The translations under genes and the position numbers were made by a program. Positions 50,470 through 60,358 of a stretch of DNA of 64,000 nucleotides are shown one piece after another. Source of the DNA: Nitrosopumilus sp. (GTDB lineage: Archaea; Thermoproteota; Nitrososphaeria; Nitrososphaerales; Nitrosopumilaceae). The notes beneath the pieces are model-generated. The model was not told the DNA's origin and did no database searches. It saw only the letters and a list, made by a program, of their open reading frames with translations. How positions within the stretch are numbered: position 1 is the stretch's first letter; the number at the start of each line of letters is the position of its first letter. The DNA is taken from assembly GCA_965223425.1 (NCBI GenBank), contig OZ245003.1, positions 384,001 to 448,000 on the forward strand, in the 5' to 3' direction.

Positions 50470-51747
50470 CTATGGTTCTGCCTGCATCTCTGGCATTGAA
50501 GAGCTGCCAATCACCATCCATTGGTCGTCACGTATGGTCCATACGGCATAGTCTGAGGAGTCCAGATCCCCCGCTGCATTGAGCTTGGTGGAGCCCACTG
50601 CGCCGGTATGGTTCTCGGCCACCGGTATCATGTTTGTCTTGATTGCGTCCGTATCGGTGCTCTGCGCTGCCTCCATTGCAAGGCCGGCAAGCCACACGGC
50701 GTCATATGTGCAGTAGGCATAGACAGTTGGAATCCTGCCAAGCTCCGACTTTATCAGTTCTGTCACCCTGTCGGTTTTGGGGTTCTCCGACGCTACAAAC
50801 TGCAAGGTGGTAAAGTCCGTCGCATACGCAAACTCCAGTCCTATGGAGTCGTCGACCAAGCTCTGTACGTTGGTACTGCCATCAGAGCCAAACCACCTCA
50901 CGTCGTCCAGTACCTCATGCGAGGAGGCTGACTGCATAAACTGCAACACCTCGGCAAACGCAATCAGCAACACTCCCACCCTGTCTTCACCGTACTTGTC
51001 TACGTACTTCTGAACCTGGTTTGCCAGAAGTGAGGTCGATGCCGAAAACTCGGGGGCCTCCGGATTGTACCGTATGCCATCGTCTACTATGCCGCCTGCT
51101 TCCGAGAACGACATTGCAGTGGACTCTTTGAGGCCGTCGCCCCAGGTGTCTCCCCTCCAGACGGGTACGAGCACGTCAATCCCACGGGACGCCATCAAGC
51201 TGGCAATTGCCGGGCCCTGGTTGTCGTCGTCGGGAACGGTTCTGAATACGTTGTCGTCAGGTATTGCAAGCGACGGGGCTGTGCTGCCGTAGCTGATCAT
51301 CATCATGTTGTTTGCGGCTGTGTATCCCATGAGGTTCCTGAGGTTGGCGCTTGTTGACGGGCCTATCACCATCTTTGCCCCCTTGGCATGCATGGCAGTG
51401 ACCTTATCCAGTGCGATGACCGGGTTTGTCTGCGAATCCTCCACTATTCCGTTGATGCTCCACGCGCTACCCTTTCCCTCTAGGTACTCGTTAAAGTCGT
51501 CCACTGCAAGCTGCGCGGCTATCCTGTCCTCCTCTCCTTGGCTGGCAAGATCGCCAGTCAGTGGGAAGAGTAGTCCAATGTTTACGGTACCTTCCAGGCT
51601 GGCCGATGCCGGCATGACGGGTTCTGATTCTGTCACAACAGATTCGGGTTCTGTCATGACGGGTTCTAGTTCCGTGGACATGGAAATGGCAACAAATATG
51701 CCAACTGCCACTGCGATTATTGGTATGGCGATAAGTATCTTATTCAC
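50470..51747 (-). CDS. LivJ-like ABC branched-chain amino-acid substrate-binding protein, membrane-anchored, GC-rich
   Basis: IGLLFPLTGDLA, VIGPSTS, SYGSTAPSLAIPDDNVFRTVPDD, YDAVW; GTG start before the TM helix. Confidence 0.88.
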   Translation of the reverse strand: MNKILIAIPIIAVAVGIFVAISMSTELEPVMTEPESVVTESEPVMPASASLEGTVNIGLLFPLTGDLASQGEEDRIAAQLAVDDFNEYLEGKGSAWSINGIVEDSQTNPVIALDKVTAMHAKGAKMVIGPSTSANLRNLMGYTAANNMMMISYGSTAPSLAIPDDNVFRTVPDDDNQGPAIASLMASRGIDVLVPVWRGDTWGDGLKESTAMSFSEAGGIVDDGIRYNPEAPEFSASTSLLANQVQKYVDKYGEDRVGVLLIAFAEVLQFMQSASSHEVLDDVRWFGSDGSTNVQSLVDDSIGLEFAYATDFTTLQFVASENPKTDRVTELIKSELGRIPTVYAYCTYDAVWLAGLAMEAAQSTDTDAIKTNMIPVAENHTGAVGSTKLNAAGDLDSSDYAVWTIRDDQWMVIGSSSMPEMQAEP

Positions 51748-51911
51748 ACTGTGACACAGTACTTCATTTATAAAAATGATGATCCACTCTCTTTGAACCG
51801 CTTTTTGCAATAATTTATGCACCTTTTCCTGCATATTGACAATTGAGATAGAAAATGAATTAGATGATGACGATGGCAAGTAGCCACACATTCTTTTTTC
51901 CTTCCCAAGTT

Positions 51912-52577
51912 CTATTTTTTACCAAATTTTCCCAATAATGGAACAAAAACATAGTTTGATTCATTTTTAATTTCAACAATTCCGTCAGATGTCTTTTTTA
52001 GCATGACCAGAGATTGAGAAGAACCTCCTACAGGTGCAATTATGAGTCCATTTTCATCTAGTTGTTCAAGTAATGGTAAAGGAATTTCCGTACATGCTGC
52101 GGTGACTATGATTCTGTCGTAAGGGGATTGTTCAGTATAACCCAAACTGCCGTCACCTAAAATCAAATGAACATTATCAATTCCTAGCTTTTTCAAATTT
52201 TCTTTTGCAAAACTTACCAACTCTGGATGTCTTTCAACAGAATAAACAGTTCCGCTTCCCACCAAGTAAGATAAAATTCCAGTCTGCCAACCAGAACCGG
52301 TGCCAATCTCAAGAACTTTTTGCCTTTCTTTGATGTCTAACCATTCAGTCATTCTTGATACAACTCCCGGTTGCGAAATAGTTTGATCTTTCAGTATTGA
52401 TAGTGGTTCGTTGTCATACGCTCTGTCTAATTCGATTGATTCAACAAACTCGTGTCTAGGAATGCTTCTAAATGCTAACTCAACTTTCTCATCAGTAAGA
52501 AATCCTGAATCTTTTAAGAAACGAATTAATCCATTTAATGCCATCTTGTAGTTTTTTTCAATTTTAATTGGTTTCAA
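51912..52577 (-). CDS. pcm: Protein-L-isoaspartate O-methyltransferase
   Basis: QTISQP, LEIGTGSG, GDG..G....PYDRI.VTAA, FVPL. Confidence 0.95.
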   Translation of the reverse strand: MKPIKIEKNYKMALNGLIRFLKDSGFLTDEKVELAFRSIPRHEFVESIELDRAYDNEPLSILKDQTISQPGVVSRMTEWLDIKERQKVLEIGTGSGWQTGILSYLVGSGTVYSVERHPELVSFAKENLKKLGIDNVHLILGDGSLGYTEQSPYDRIIVTAACTEIPLPLLEQLDENGLIIAPVGGSSQSLVMLKKTSDGIVEIKNESNYVFVPLLGKFGKK

Positions 52578-52617
52578 CTAATGTGGATGGAATTTTTTGC
52601 CATTTAAAGTGCATCAG

Positions 52618-54021
52618 TTATTTTGAAAACAAGCTAATTTTTCGCTCAACTAGTTTGCCATGACCAAGTTTTCCAATTACTTCAAAATCATCGGCGACCA
52701 TTTCACCTCGAACTATTGTCTTGACAGGCCAACCCCTGAGATTTCTTCCCTCATAGACAATATAATCAGAAAATCCTCCAAACAGATCAGATGTTGCCTT
52801 TTTTTCTTTTTTCAAGTCTATCATAGTAATGTCTGCATCAGAATTTTTCTCCAGGGTTCCTTTTTGTGGATACATTCCAAATATTTGAGCAGCATTACTG
52901 CTGGTAAATTTCACAAACTGTTCTAGCGTTATTTTATTTTGATTCACGCCATCATTGAGCAATATTGGAATCGCAGTCCCAATTCCCGGAAATCCTGCAA
53001 GTGCTCCCCAGACATCCTCACCGCCTAGCTTGAGTTTGAGTTGATTTGCAACATGATCCGTACCAACAGTATCGATTTGATCTGAAGAAAGTGCATTCCA
53101 AACTGCCTGTCTGTCATTTTCAGTTCTTATTGGAGGCATGACTTTTGCAAGATAGCCTTCCTGTTTCTCATAAGACAGTGCAAGATAGTGAGGACACGTT
53201 TCTACAAAAATTTTTGTCCCAAGTTTCTTCTCCTCTTCAATTTGAGCTAGTGCACGAGCAGAACCAATATGAACAAAGTAAATTACACAATCATAATCTC
53301 GTCCAAACTTTGAAACCGTCTTAATTGCTTTTGTCTCAAATTCAGGTGAACGACTTTCAGACCAAGCAGACAACCCATCTTGTTTTTTTTCTTTAGCAGT
53401 CTTGATTCCACATCCACAGGATTCATAGTCTTCTGCATGGACAAGCACTGGACAGCCAAGATCAGCTGCAGTCTTTACAGTTTGTTCAACTATTTCATCA
53501 GTAACATCAACTTGAGATGCAACAAGTTGGGAAGAATTTGGTGGCATATCCATGTACACATGACCAACTTCACCACCAAGATTCATGTAAATTTTAAAAG
53601 ATGTGATTCCTTTTTCAACACAAAAATCCATCTCATTGATTTGTTGTGGAGTAAAAATAGAAGCATGGATTGCATAATCGACATAGTGGTTCTGTGATGC
53701 CGCATCAAGCTGAGATTGCAGCGAACTAGAGAATGGATCTTCTAGTCTAAGCATTCTCATCATGGTTGTTATTCCGCCAATAGCTGCCGCATGAGATTCA
53801 GTTTTTGCAGCATCATTGATTGGAGAATATACGCCATAGTGAACATGAGTGTCAATTGGACCAGGGACAGAGATCAGTCCATTACCATTAATTTTGCGGT
53901 CACATGCAGGAACATCATTTGTAAATCCGACTATTTTTCCCTCATCAATTAGAATATTCTTGTCTACCATTCCTTGAGCAAGTATAATGTGAGAATCAGT
54001 AATTACGGTATCACAAGTCAT
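52618..54021 (-). CDS. Dihydroorotase/allantoinase-family amidohydrolase
   Basis: IDTHVH, AAAIGGITT, VHAED, ETCPHYL, GTDH. Confidence 0.88.
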   Translation of the reverse strand: MTCDTVITDSHIILAQGMVDKNILIDEGKIVGFTNDVPACDRKINGNGLISVPGPIDTHVHYGVYSPINDAAKTESHAAAIGGITTMMRMLRLEDPFSSSLQSQLDAASQNHYVDYAIHASIFTPQQINEMDFCVEKGITSFKIYMNLGGEVGHVYMDMPPNSSQLVASQVDVTDEIVEQTVKTAADLGCPVLVHAEDYESCGCGIKTAKEKKQDGLSAWSESRSPEFETKAIKTVSKFGRDYDCVIYFVHIGSARALAQIEEEKKLGTKIFVETCPHYLALSYEKQEGYLAKVMPPIRTENDRQAVWNALSSDQIDTVGTDHVANQLKLKLGGEDVWGALAGFPGIGTAIPILLNDGVNQNKITLEQFVKFTSSNAAQIFGMYPQKGTLEKNSDADITMIDLKKEKKATSDLFGGFSDYIVYEGRNLRGWPVKTIVRGEMVADDFEVIGKLGHGKLVERKISLFSK

Positions 54022-54163
54022 CTGAAAATTTTATGTCTAGCAGTCTATTATTCTTTGAGAATTTCATGTTATCCCTATATAGAATATGGGCACGAAATAG
54101 AATTCTATTTCTTATGTAGAAAATAACGGTTGGATTTTAGTAGAAAAAATTTTATGAATTTCA

Positions 54164-54475
54164 ATGACTAGAAAAAACATTCTATTGACGACAACATCGA
54201 GTCTAATTGCAGTATTCTCTGTAGCATTTATTCCAAACCTTGCATTTGCTGAAGAGGAAAAAACAGGCTACAAAATGGCAGATGATGATACTCATGCCAT
54301 ATTTACATTTACATTCAAAGACGGCATATAATTTCATGAATTTCCTGTATTCAATATGGTTGATGATTACATAACAAACTTTGACTCTCCAAGTTTTCTG
54401 TTGAAGGAATGATTGGAGAATGACATCATCTATACAAGAATTAGATGAAGCTTTCAAGTACAAAGCAAATCCAAG
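54164..54475 (+). pseudogene. Degraded exported-protein gene truncated by an IS481-like end
   Basis: Signal peptide ...AFAEEE; in-frame TAA at 54329; further frameshifts; ends at TGTAG (54476). Confidence 0.65.
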
Positions 54476-54700
54476 TGTAGTATGTTGAAATTATGTCGCC
54501 TAGTCATCAGTGTCACCTCCATCCATCTCGGGTTGCCTTTCCTGATCGCATCGTAGCCTTTTTGCTGTAAAACGCACCAAACGGCTTTTCGTATAGGTCT
54601 ATATCAAGTGAGAAATGAAGTCTTTTCTCGTTGTAGAGTTTGACGTACTCTGAGAGGCTTTCAAAATGGTATGTCTCCTGCTGCAGTAGACCTGTTTTTT
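54476..54700 (-). mobile_element. IS481-family transposase 3' remnant with terminal TGT end
   Basis: HFESLSEYVKLYNEKRLHFSLDID...; shifted frame DAIRKGNPRWMEVDTDD*; end TGTAGTATGTTGAAATTATGTCGCC. Confidence 0.65.
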
Positions 54701-54909
54701 GCGCACTGTCTTAGTATCTTATTTGATCAGCTGTTAGTCTTTTTACCATTATTTTTTTTTTGGATCGGTAGAGCCAAGTATTCCTTTACAGTACATCGAA
54801 TCTTAGGGCAACCTAATTGTTGTACAATAGACTGAATGGTTCCCAGCTATAGATTTTTGTGAGACTCCTGGAGAAAATGAATAAAAAAGCATGCAAAGAA
54901 GGAATGCAA

Positions 54910-54981
54910 GGGCCGGTGGTTTAGGGGTATAATGCCTCGTTCGCAACGAGGATGTCGAGGGTTCGACTCCCTCCCGGTCCA
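54910..54981 (+). tRNA. tRNA-Ala(CGC)
   Basis: GGGCCGG/CCGGTCC acceptor stem; anticodon arm CCTCG-TTCGCAA-CGAGG. Confidence 0.93.
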
Positions 54982-55024
54982 CTTTTCCAGAAACCATTAT
55001 ACATAAACAAAAATTACTATCGCC

Positions 55025-55384
55025 ATGGAAGTTTTTGACGGCAAAAAGGCTGCGCAAGAATACATGTCAAAACATACTCTGGCGTTCTCAACTCCAGAAC
55101 TAACTTTAATGAGATTTGCATTTTGGCTAGGTGATTCTGTTCCAGATCCAAATAATGATGGAAAGGGAATTCCAAGGATGATGACCTTTTTGACAGAGCA
55201 AGACTTTGAACCAGTGTTAATTGATGATGATAAATATGAACCATCTGGTGCAGTTAGAAGCTCTGCAAATGTTGGAAATGCATACAATGAAGTAAAGGCA
55301 GATGGAAAGTTTTGCTCAGAATGCGGGACTAGTCTTTCTACAACTGCAAAATTCTGTCCTGAATGCGGTACAACACAAGAATAA
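55025..55384 (+). CDS. Zinc-ribbon domain protein
   Basis: C-terminal FCSECG...AKFCPECG. Confidence 0.85.
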   Translation: MEVFDGKKAAQEYMSKHTLAFSTPELTLMRFAFWLGDSVPDPNNDGKGIPRMMTFLTEQDFEPVLIDDDKYEPSGAVRSSANVGNAYNEVKADGKFCSECGTSLSTTAKFCPECGTTQE

Positions 55385-55402
55385 GAAAGTAGTTTTTTAG
55401 TT

Positions 55403-55945
55403 TTATGCTTTAGTTCCACACTTTGTGCAAAACTTTGCATTTGGTCTTAGTTCTGCACCACATGAAGAACACCCATTTCCACTTGGTTGTGTAACAGTTC
55501 TTCTTGGCATCAAAGCTGGATCTGGTGATGGTAAAGTTCCAACATCATCAAATGCTTCTTGTGCAGAAACAATTCCTGGCGGACCTGCTCCACCAACTGG
55601 ATTTTCTGCAGTTCCGGATCTTGGCGGCATTCCACCGGGCATACCTCCTGCCATCATTCCAGGATTTCCCATACCTGGCATTAAACCAGGAGATTGTGTG
55701 TTGCCAGTTCCAGTACCTAATGATTTTCTCATTTCAAAGATTACTTTGATTGCTAAAAATTCTAGTGCAGAATATGCAACAGTATAATCACCTAATTTTT
55801 GAAAGAACTCTTTGTCACTTAGCTGGCCCTTCTTGTACATGTTGTTAGTATCTAGAAATGATTCATAGTATCCTTGAGATTCATCAAACAAGCTTTGTAG
55901 TTTGTCAAATAACATGTTTAATGTATCTACTTCACCAAATGACAT
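55403..55945 (-). CDS. Zinc-ribbon domain protein with Gly/Pro/Met-rich linker
   Basis: C-terminal CSSCG...AKFCTKCG. Confidence 0.85.
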   Translation of the reverse strand: MSFGEVDTLNMLFDKLQSLFDESQGYYESFLDTNNMYKKGQLSDKEFFQKLGDYTVAYSALEFLAIKVIFEMRKSLGTGTGNTQSPGLMPGMGNPGMMAGGMPGGMPPRSGTAENPVGGAGPPGIVSAQEAFDDVGTLPSPDPALMPRRTVTQPSGNGCSSCGAELRPNAKFCTKCGTKA

Positions 55946-55992
55946 GGTCTATCTTTATTTTTGGAATATTAATTACTTTAGGATAGGTTGAG

Positions 55993-56337
55993 CTAATTTT
56001 GTCTGTGATTTTGAAAACATTCGTTACAATAGACAGGTCTGTCTTCTTTTGGCTTGAATGGAATCTGACAATCGTTTCCACAATCGCCACATTTTGCATC
56101 AAACATTTCTCGTGGTCTGTCATTTCTTCTGCTAAATCTTGAGTCTGTGTCATTTCTACGGTAACCTCCAGAGCGTCCGCCAAATCTACCACCACTTCTT
56201 GGTGCTGGTTTGTGATTTTGAAAACATTCGTTACAATAGACAGGTCTGTCTTCTTTTGGCTTGAATGGAATTTGACAATCGTTTCCACAATCGCCACATT
56301 TTGCATCAAACATCTCTCTTTCTCGCTCAAATGACAT
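55993..56337 (-). CDS. Tandem CxxC-x17-CxxC domain protein with RGG-like linker
   Basis: Two identical REMFDAKCGDCGNDCQIPFKPKEDRPVYCNECFQNH units. Confidence 0.9.
   Translation of the reverse strand: MSFEREREMFDAKCGDCGNDCQIPFKPKEDRPVYCNECFQNHKPAPRSGGRFGGRSGGYRRNDTDSRFSRRNDRPREMFDAKCGDCGNDCQIPFKPKEDRPVYCNECFQNHRQN
56004..56313. repeat. 103-bp intragenic direct repeat (56004-56106 and 56211-56313), one mismatch
   Basis: Direct comparison of the two copies. Confidence 0.9.
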
Positions 56338-56429
56338 ATCTATCTAAAATTGGTGAATTTGTGCTGTAATTAAACCATTGGAACAGTTGTTTTAAGAAAA
56401 CAAAAAGAAGAAAAACGTATTTTTGGAAT

Positions 56430-56756
56430 CTATGCTAGTGCTCTATCAATCATACTCTTGTATGATTCTTTAGAAGCGGCACCTACTTGTTGGCTAACTA
56501 TTTCACCTTTGTTAAGAATTATCAAGGTTGGGATACTAAAGACATTATATTTCGATGCCAGTTCATTTGCCTCATCGACATTAACCTTGACAAATTTTAC
56601 TTTGCCATCATAGTCATTTGCCAGTTCTTCAACTACTGGACTTACCATTCTACATGGACCACACCATTCGGCCCAAAAGTCTACAAATACAGGAATGTCA
56701 GAGTTTATCACATCGACTTCCCAAGACCTTGCATCTGAAACTTGTGTAATTCCCAT
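56430..56756 (-). CDS. trxA: Thioredoxin
   Basis: WCGPC active site; start placed at MGITQV. Confidence 0.93.
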   Translation of the reverse strand: MGITQVSDARSWEVDVINSDIPVFVDFWAEWCGPCRMVSPVVEELANDYDGKVKFVKVNVDEANELASKYNVFSIPTLIILNKGEIVSQQVGAASKESYKSMIDRALA

Positions 56757-56872
56757 TGTACTACTGTTTTGTTGACCGTACCTAAAAACGTTCACCAGAA
56801 TTATCGCCATATTTTTTGTGGTAAGATCAATTTTTGATATATACTTAAATGACGTTTTGATAAAACTCAGAT

Positions 56873-57598
56873 ATGAGTTCAGAGTTTAGACTTAAAAAAT
56901 TAAGAGGTTCTGGCGGTTATGTTATGGCTAATGTTTCTGATGAACAACAAATGAAAGGCAATCTAGGCGGTCCTGATCTATTTTTGGCACCAATTGGCAG
57001 ATTAGATACAGAAAAAATCTCCAAACACTTTTGCAATACATGTGAAAAAGAATTTGAAGGTCCTCCAAAATTAGATTTTGAGAATCCTAATGAAGAAGTT
57101 GCAGAAAACCTAATTCTTGCAGAAAGAGGGCAATACATGTGCAATTCATGTAATTCTACAATTGCAGAGTACAGGGAATTCAAAAAGCAAGATGAGGCAG
57201 GAGAAATTGGAAATGCCAGACCAGAGCAACCAGCAGTTGAAAACACGCCACAGCAAGTTGTAGAACCTGCAACACAAACTACTCAGGAAGCAGTTACACA
57301 ACCAGATCCTGCAACATCGGTGAATTCAATTGAAGGAAGAATTGTAATTGATGAAAACGCCAACAGAGTTGGAGTTGCAAAACAAGTGGGGGTTGATTCC
57401 ACACAATCAATGGTTTTAGTCATCACTAAAAATGACGGAACAGAAGGTAGTATTCCATGGAGTAACATCAAAAAAGTTGGAGAAATGATTCTCTTGGGAA
57501 CTCCAGATGATGCTAGTCAACTAGGTAAATGTTCTAATTGTGGATTTGGAAATAAAGATGGTTCTAAATTCTGCGAAGAGTGTGGAACTAAGCTCTAA
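56873..57598 (+). CDS. Zinc-ribbon + PRC-barrel protein
   Basis: CNTC/CNSC; GRIVIDENA.RVG...IPWSNIKKVGEMILL; C-terminal CSNCG...FCEECG. Confidence 0.8.
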   Translation: MSSEFRLKKLRGSGGYVMANVSDEQQMKGNLGGPDLFLAPIGRLDTEKISKHFCNTCEKEFEGPPKLDFENPNEEVAENLILAERGQYMCNSCNSTIAEYREFKKQDEAGEIGNARPEQPAVENTPQQVVEPATQTTQEAVTQPDPATSVNSIEGRIVIDENANRVGVAKQVGVDSTQSMVLVITKNDGTEGSIPWSNIKKVGEMILLGTPDDASQLGKCSNCGFGNKDGSKFCEECGTKL

Positions 57599-57639
57599 TA
57601 GCTAACAAATTTAATCAATGAATATAGGCAATGATGTAA

Positions 57640-58413
57640 TTGGCAAAAAGATCTATCTCAAAGGGAGTCATTAAAGACATCATTATAGTTGGAATAGGAG
57701 TTTTAGTAATTTGGTTGGGTCTACAAGTAGCATTTGGAACACAGAATCCATTTTATGTAGTCGCAAGTGGAAGTATGATTCCGGTTTTAGAGATTTATGA
57801 TGTAATAATTGTTCAAGGACACGAGCCTTTTGAAAATATTGACGTTGGGGATATTGTTGTATTTAATCGACCTTCAGATCATGACAGGGTAATAGTGCAC
57901 AGAGTAGTTTCGATAATTAATGATGAACCAAAAGAGATTAGAACAAAAGGAGATGCAAACTCAGCATCAATTCCTGGAACTGACTTTCCAATTACTGAAG
58001 AAGAGTACATAGGAAAAGTAGCTTACACATTACCCCAAGTAGGGTATGTCACACAATTAATAAAACCACCAATAAACTATATCATAATTGCAATTGTCAT
58101 AGGAGTTATGATTGTAAAGCAGATGTCAAAGAGGAAAAAAGGAAAACAATTCACATTATCAAATCTATTAGAGACAGATAAAGAAGATTCTGATAAACTA
58201 CCAGATGTTGACAAGATAGAAAAAGATTCAGAATATTCTGAGCACATAGATAAATCTGAAGTTGTCGAAGAGGAAAAATCAGACTTGGATGAAGCAGAAA
58301 AATCAGACTTGGATGAAGCAGAAAAATCAGACTTGGATGAAGCAGAAAAATCAGACTTGGATGAAGCAGAAAAATCAGACTTGGATACATCTGAGAAAGA
58401 AAAGAAAGAATAA
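57640..58413 (+). CDS. Signal peptidase I (Sec11-type) with acidic repeat tail
   Basis: SGSMIP, GDIVVF, IVHRV, TKGDAN. Confidence 0.92.
   Translation: MAKRSISKGVIKDIIIVGIGVLVIWLGLQVAFGTQNPFYVVASGSMIPVLEIYDVIIVQGHEPFENIDVGDIVVFNRPSDHDRVIVHRVVSIINDEPKEIRTKGDANSASIPGTDFPITEEEYIGKVAYTLPQVGYVTQLIKPPINYIIIAIVIGVMIVKQMSKRKKGKQFTLSNLLETDKEDSDKLPDVDKIEKDSEYSEHIDKSEVVEEEKSDLDEAEKSDLDEAEKSDLDEAEKSDLDEAEKSDLDTSEKEKKE
58273..58386 (+). repeat. 24-bp perfect tandem repeat, about 4.75 copies (EKSDLDEA)
   Basis: GAAAAATCAGACTTGGATGAAGCA repeated. Confidence 0.95.
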
Positions 58414-58761
58414 TTCCGCTAAAATTCAGGCAAACAGGTTCACATTATGCATAGATGAAGGCATTAGATCGTCCTGTTTGCTTGGTGATACAATTACGTC
58501 AAATTTACTAAAAAGGGATCCTGAGAAATCGTCAGTTTCAAGAGTAGAATCATTTATGAATGTGTAGTTTTACGAAAAGAAAAAAAGAACCAGGCGTTTT
58601 GAACTATCTCTACATGGTCCAGTGTTGTACCACCGGTCAAATCACATTCAGGAGCAAATGACTCCCTCTCAGTAATCTTTCTGTCTCCATTTCCGTTGTT
58701 CTCAGTAGAAAGTTCGAGTTTGATCCAATCCATTAAAAATGGATTACTAGTTAGATTCAGA

Positions 58762-60288
58762 TTATAAAACAGAATCTTTTGTTTTGAACACTCGTTTAAA
58801 ATAGTCAGAAGGTTCTGATGGGTCTTCAATATCATTTGTAATGCCAGCTAGTTTTTTTGCCAAATTCTTTTTGTAGCCTACTTGCATCTGCCTTTGAATC
58901 TGGATTCTTTGGGCTTGTGGAGAACCTGCACCATGCATAGATTCTGTAAGATAACCAACTGCGTTTCTACCAAGCGTCATGTTTTCAATTAGTCTCAATA
59001 CTCGCATTCTGTTTTCAACATCGACACCCTTTCTTCCTTTAAGGAATTTTTTGAGTAATGGACCAGCTTCTGGATGTCTAAAGTCTTTTTCAGATGGAAG
59101 AGTTACTACCAATCCGCCCGCGATGTCTTGCGCAAGTCTGGCAATCTCATATGGCAACCGAGTAACATTATGTTTACAAACTTGTGCAAGCATATCTTCG
59201 TTCAAATACACGCCAGATTTCATTTTATGTCCTTGGTGTGAAGATGCAATTCCTGCAGCAAATATTGTTTCATTAAGATGAGTCATCTCGATAATTTTGT
59301 CTTTGATGTGAGATACTTTGGGTACTCCATTATAGTCAGCAATTGTTGCAGCAGCTCCAATTAGAACATCACCAAGTCCTGTTTTGCACACATAGCTACG
59401 TCTGTGATAACAAGTGAATCTCTCTATAAGCATGGATGCGAATTCATATTCTCCATGCATGAAAACTTTGTCCCATGGAATAAACACCCTGTCTAAAACC
59501 ATCAAGGCTTCTTGCCCACCATACTTTGCATTACCAGCATCAATGTCACCTTCTTCCATGCTTCTAGTGTCACATGATTGTCTACCATAGATGTAAGTCA
59601 CTCCTTTTGCATCTGCTGGAATGGCACCAACAACTGCCCAATCTTTGTCATTTTCAGTCAGTCTGACTGTCGGCATTAAGATTATCCAGTGTGAGTTGAT
59701 ACATCCGGTTTGGTGCGCTTTAGCACCAGACACATAGATTCCTTTTTCGTCTTCTTCTACTATTCTTGTAAATAAATCGGGATCGTCTTGTTCTGCTGGT
59801 CCTTTGCTTCTATCGCCTTTAGGATCAGTCATTGCACCACCAATTACAAGATTTTCTTGCTGCACCATCTTTACAAATTCTAAGAATCGCTTATGATAGT
59901 CAGTTCCGTGTTTTTCATCCATTTCAAAAGTTGTAGAATGCAAAGAATTCAGCGCATCCATACCAACACATCTTTGAAAACATGTTCCAGTGTTCTGTCC
60001 TAGTGTTCTTTGCATTTTATTTTGTAAAACTAAATCTTCTGCACTTTCTGCAATATGTAAAAATCGATTAACTCTCAATCCTGTAATTGATGAATCAGCT
60101 GATGCAAGTGCCTCTTCGCGCACTGCCAAGTCATAAGTTTCTGCAACTGCATTAATTGACGGTTTAATCATCGGATGATCGACTGGTTCCTTTACTAATT
60201 CTCCAAATAGGTAAATTTTGAGATCTCTGTCTCTGAGACTTTCAATGTAGTCATCGCCTGTTCTAATTGTCTTTAAGACATTAGCCAT
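58762..60288 (-). CDS. hcd: 4-hydroxybutyryl-CoA dehydratase (HP/HB cycle)
   Basis: CFQRCVGMDA, MTDPKGDRS, YHRRSYVCK, HGAGSPQAQ. Confidence 0.95.
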   Translation of the reverse strand: MANVLKTIRTGDDYIESLRDRDLKIYLFGELVKEPVDHPMIKPSINAVAETYDLAVREEALASADSSITGLRVNRFLHIAESAEDLVLQNKMQRTLGQNTGTCFQRCVGMDALNSLHSTTFEMDEKHGTDYHKRFLEFVKMVQQENLVIGGAMTDPKGDRSKGPAEQDDPDLFTRIVEEDEKGIYVSGAKAHQTGCINSHWIILMPTVRLTENDKDWAVVGAIPADAKGVTYIYGRQSCDTRSMEEGDIDAGNAKYGGQEALMVLDRVFIPWDKVFMHGEYEFASMLIERFTCYHRRSYVCKTGLGDVLIGAAATIADYNGVPKVSHIKDKIIEMTHLNETIFAAGIASSHQGHKMKSGVYLNEDMLAQVCKHNVTRLPYEIARLAQDIAGGLVVTLPSEKDFRHPEAGPLLKKFLKGRKGVDVENRMRVLRLIENMTLGRNAVGYLTESMHGAGSPQAQRIQIQRQMQVGYKKNLAKKLAGITNDIEDPSEPSDYFKRVFKTKDSVL

Positions 60289-60358
60289 GTACAATAATCA
60301 TTTTCATGTTGTATAAATATTCTAAATAGGCACAGCTAAGTTTAGGAATAAATTGCGA

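Noticed and set aside
50608-51754. Several + strand ORFs within the GC-rich segment
   Set aside because: Antisense shadows of the substrate-binding protein gene, favoured by high GC.
54329-54331. Stop-codon recoding in the interrupted gene
   Set aside because: The codon is TAA and further frameshifts follow; simple decay explains it.
55932-56330. 132-aa alternative-frame ORF with internal repeat
   Set aside because: Frame shadow of the CxxC-x17-CxxC gene.
58273-58386. CRISPR-like repeat array
   Set aside because: No spacers; in-frame coding tandem repeat; no cas genes in the window.
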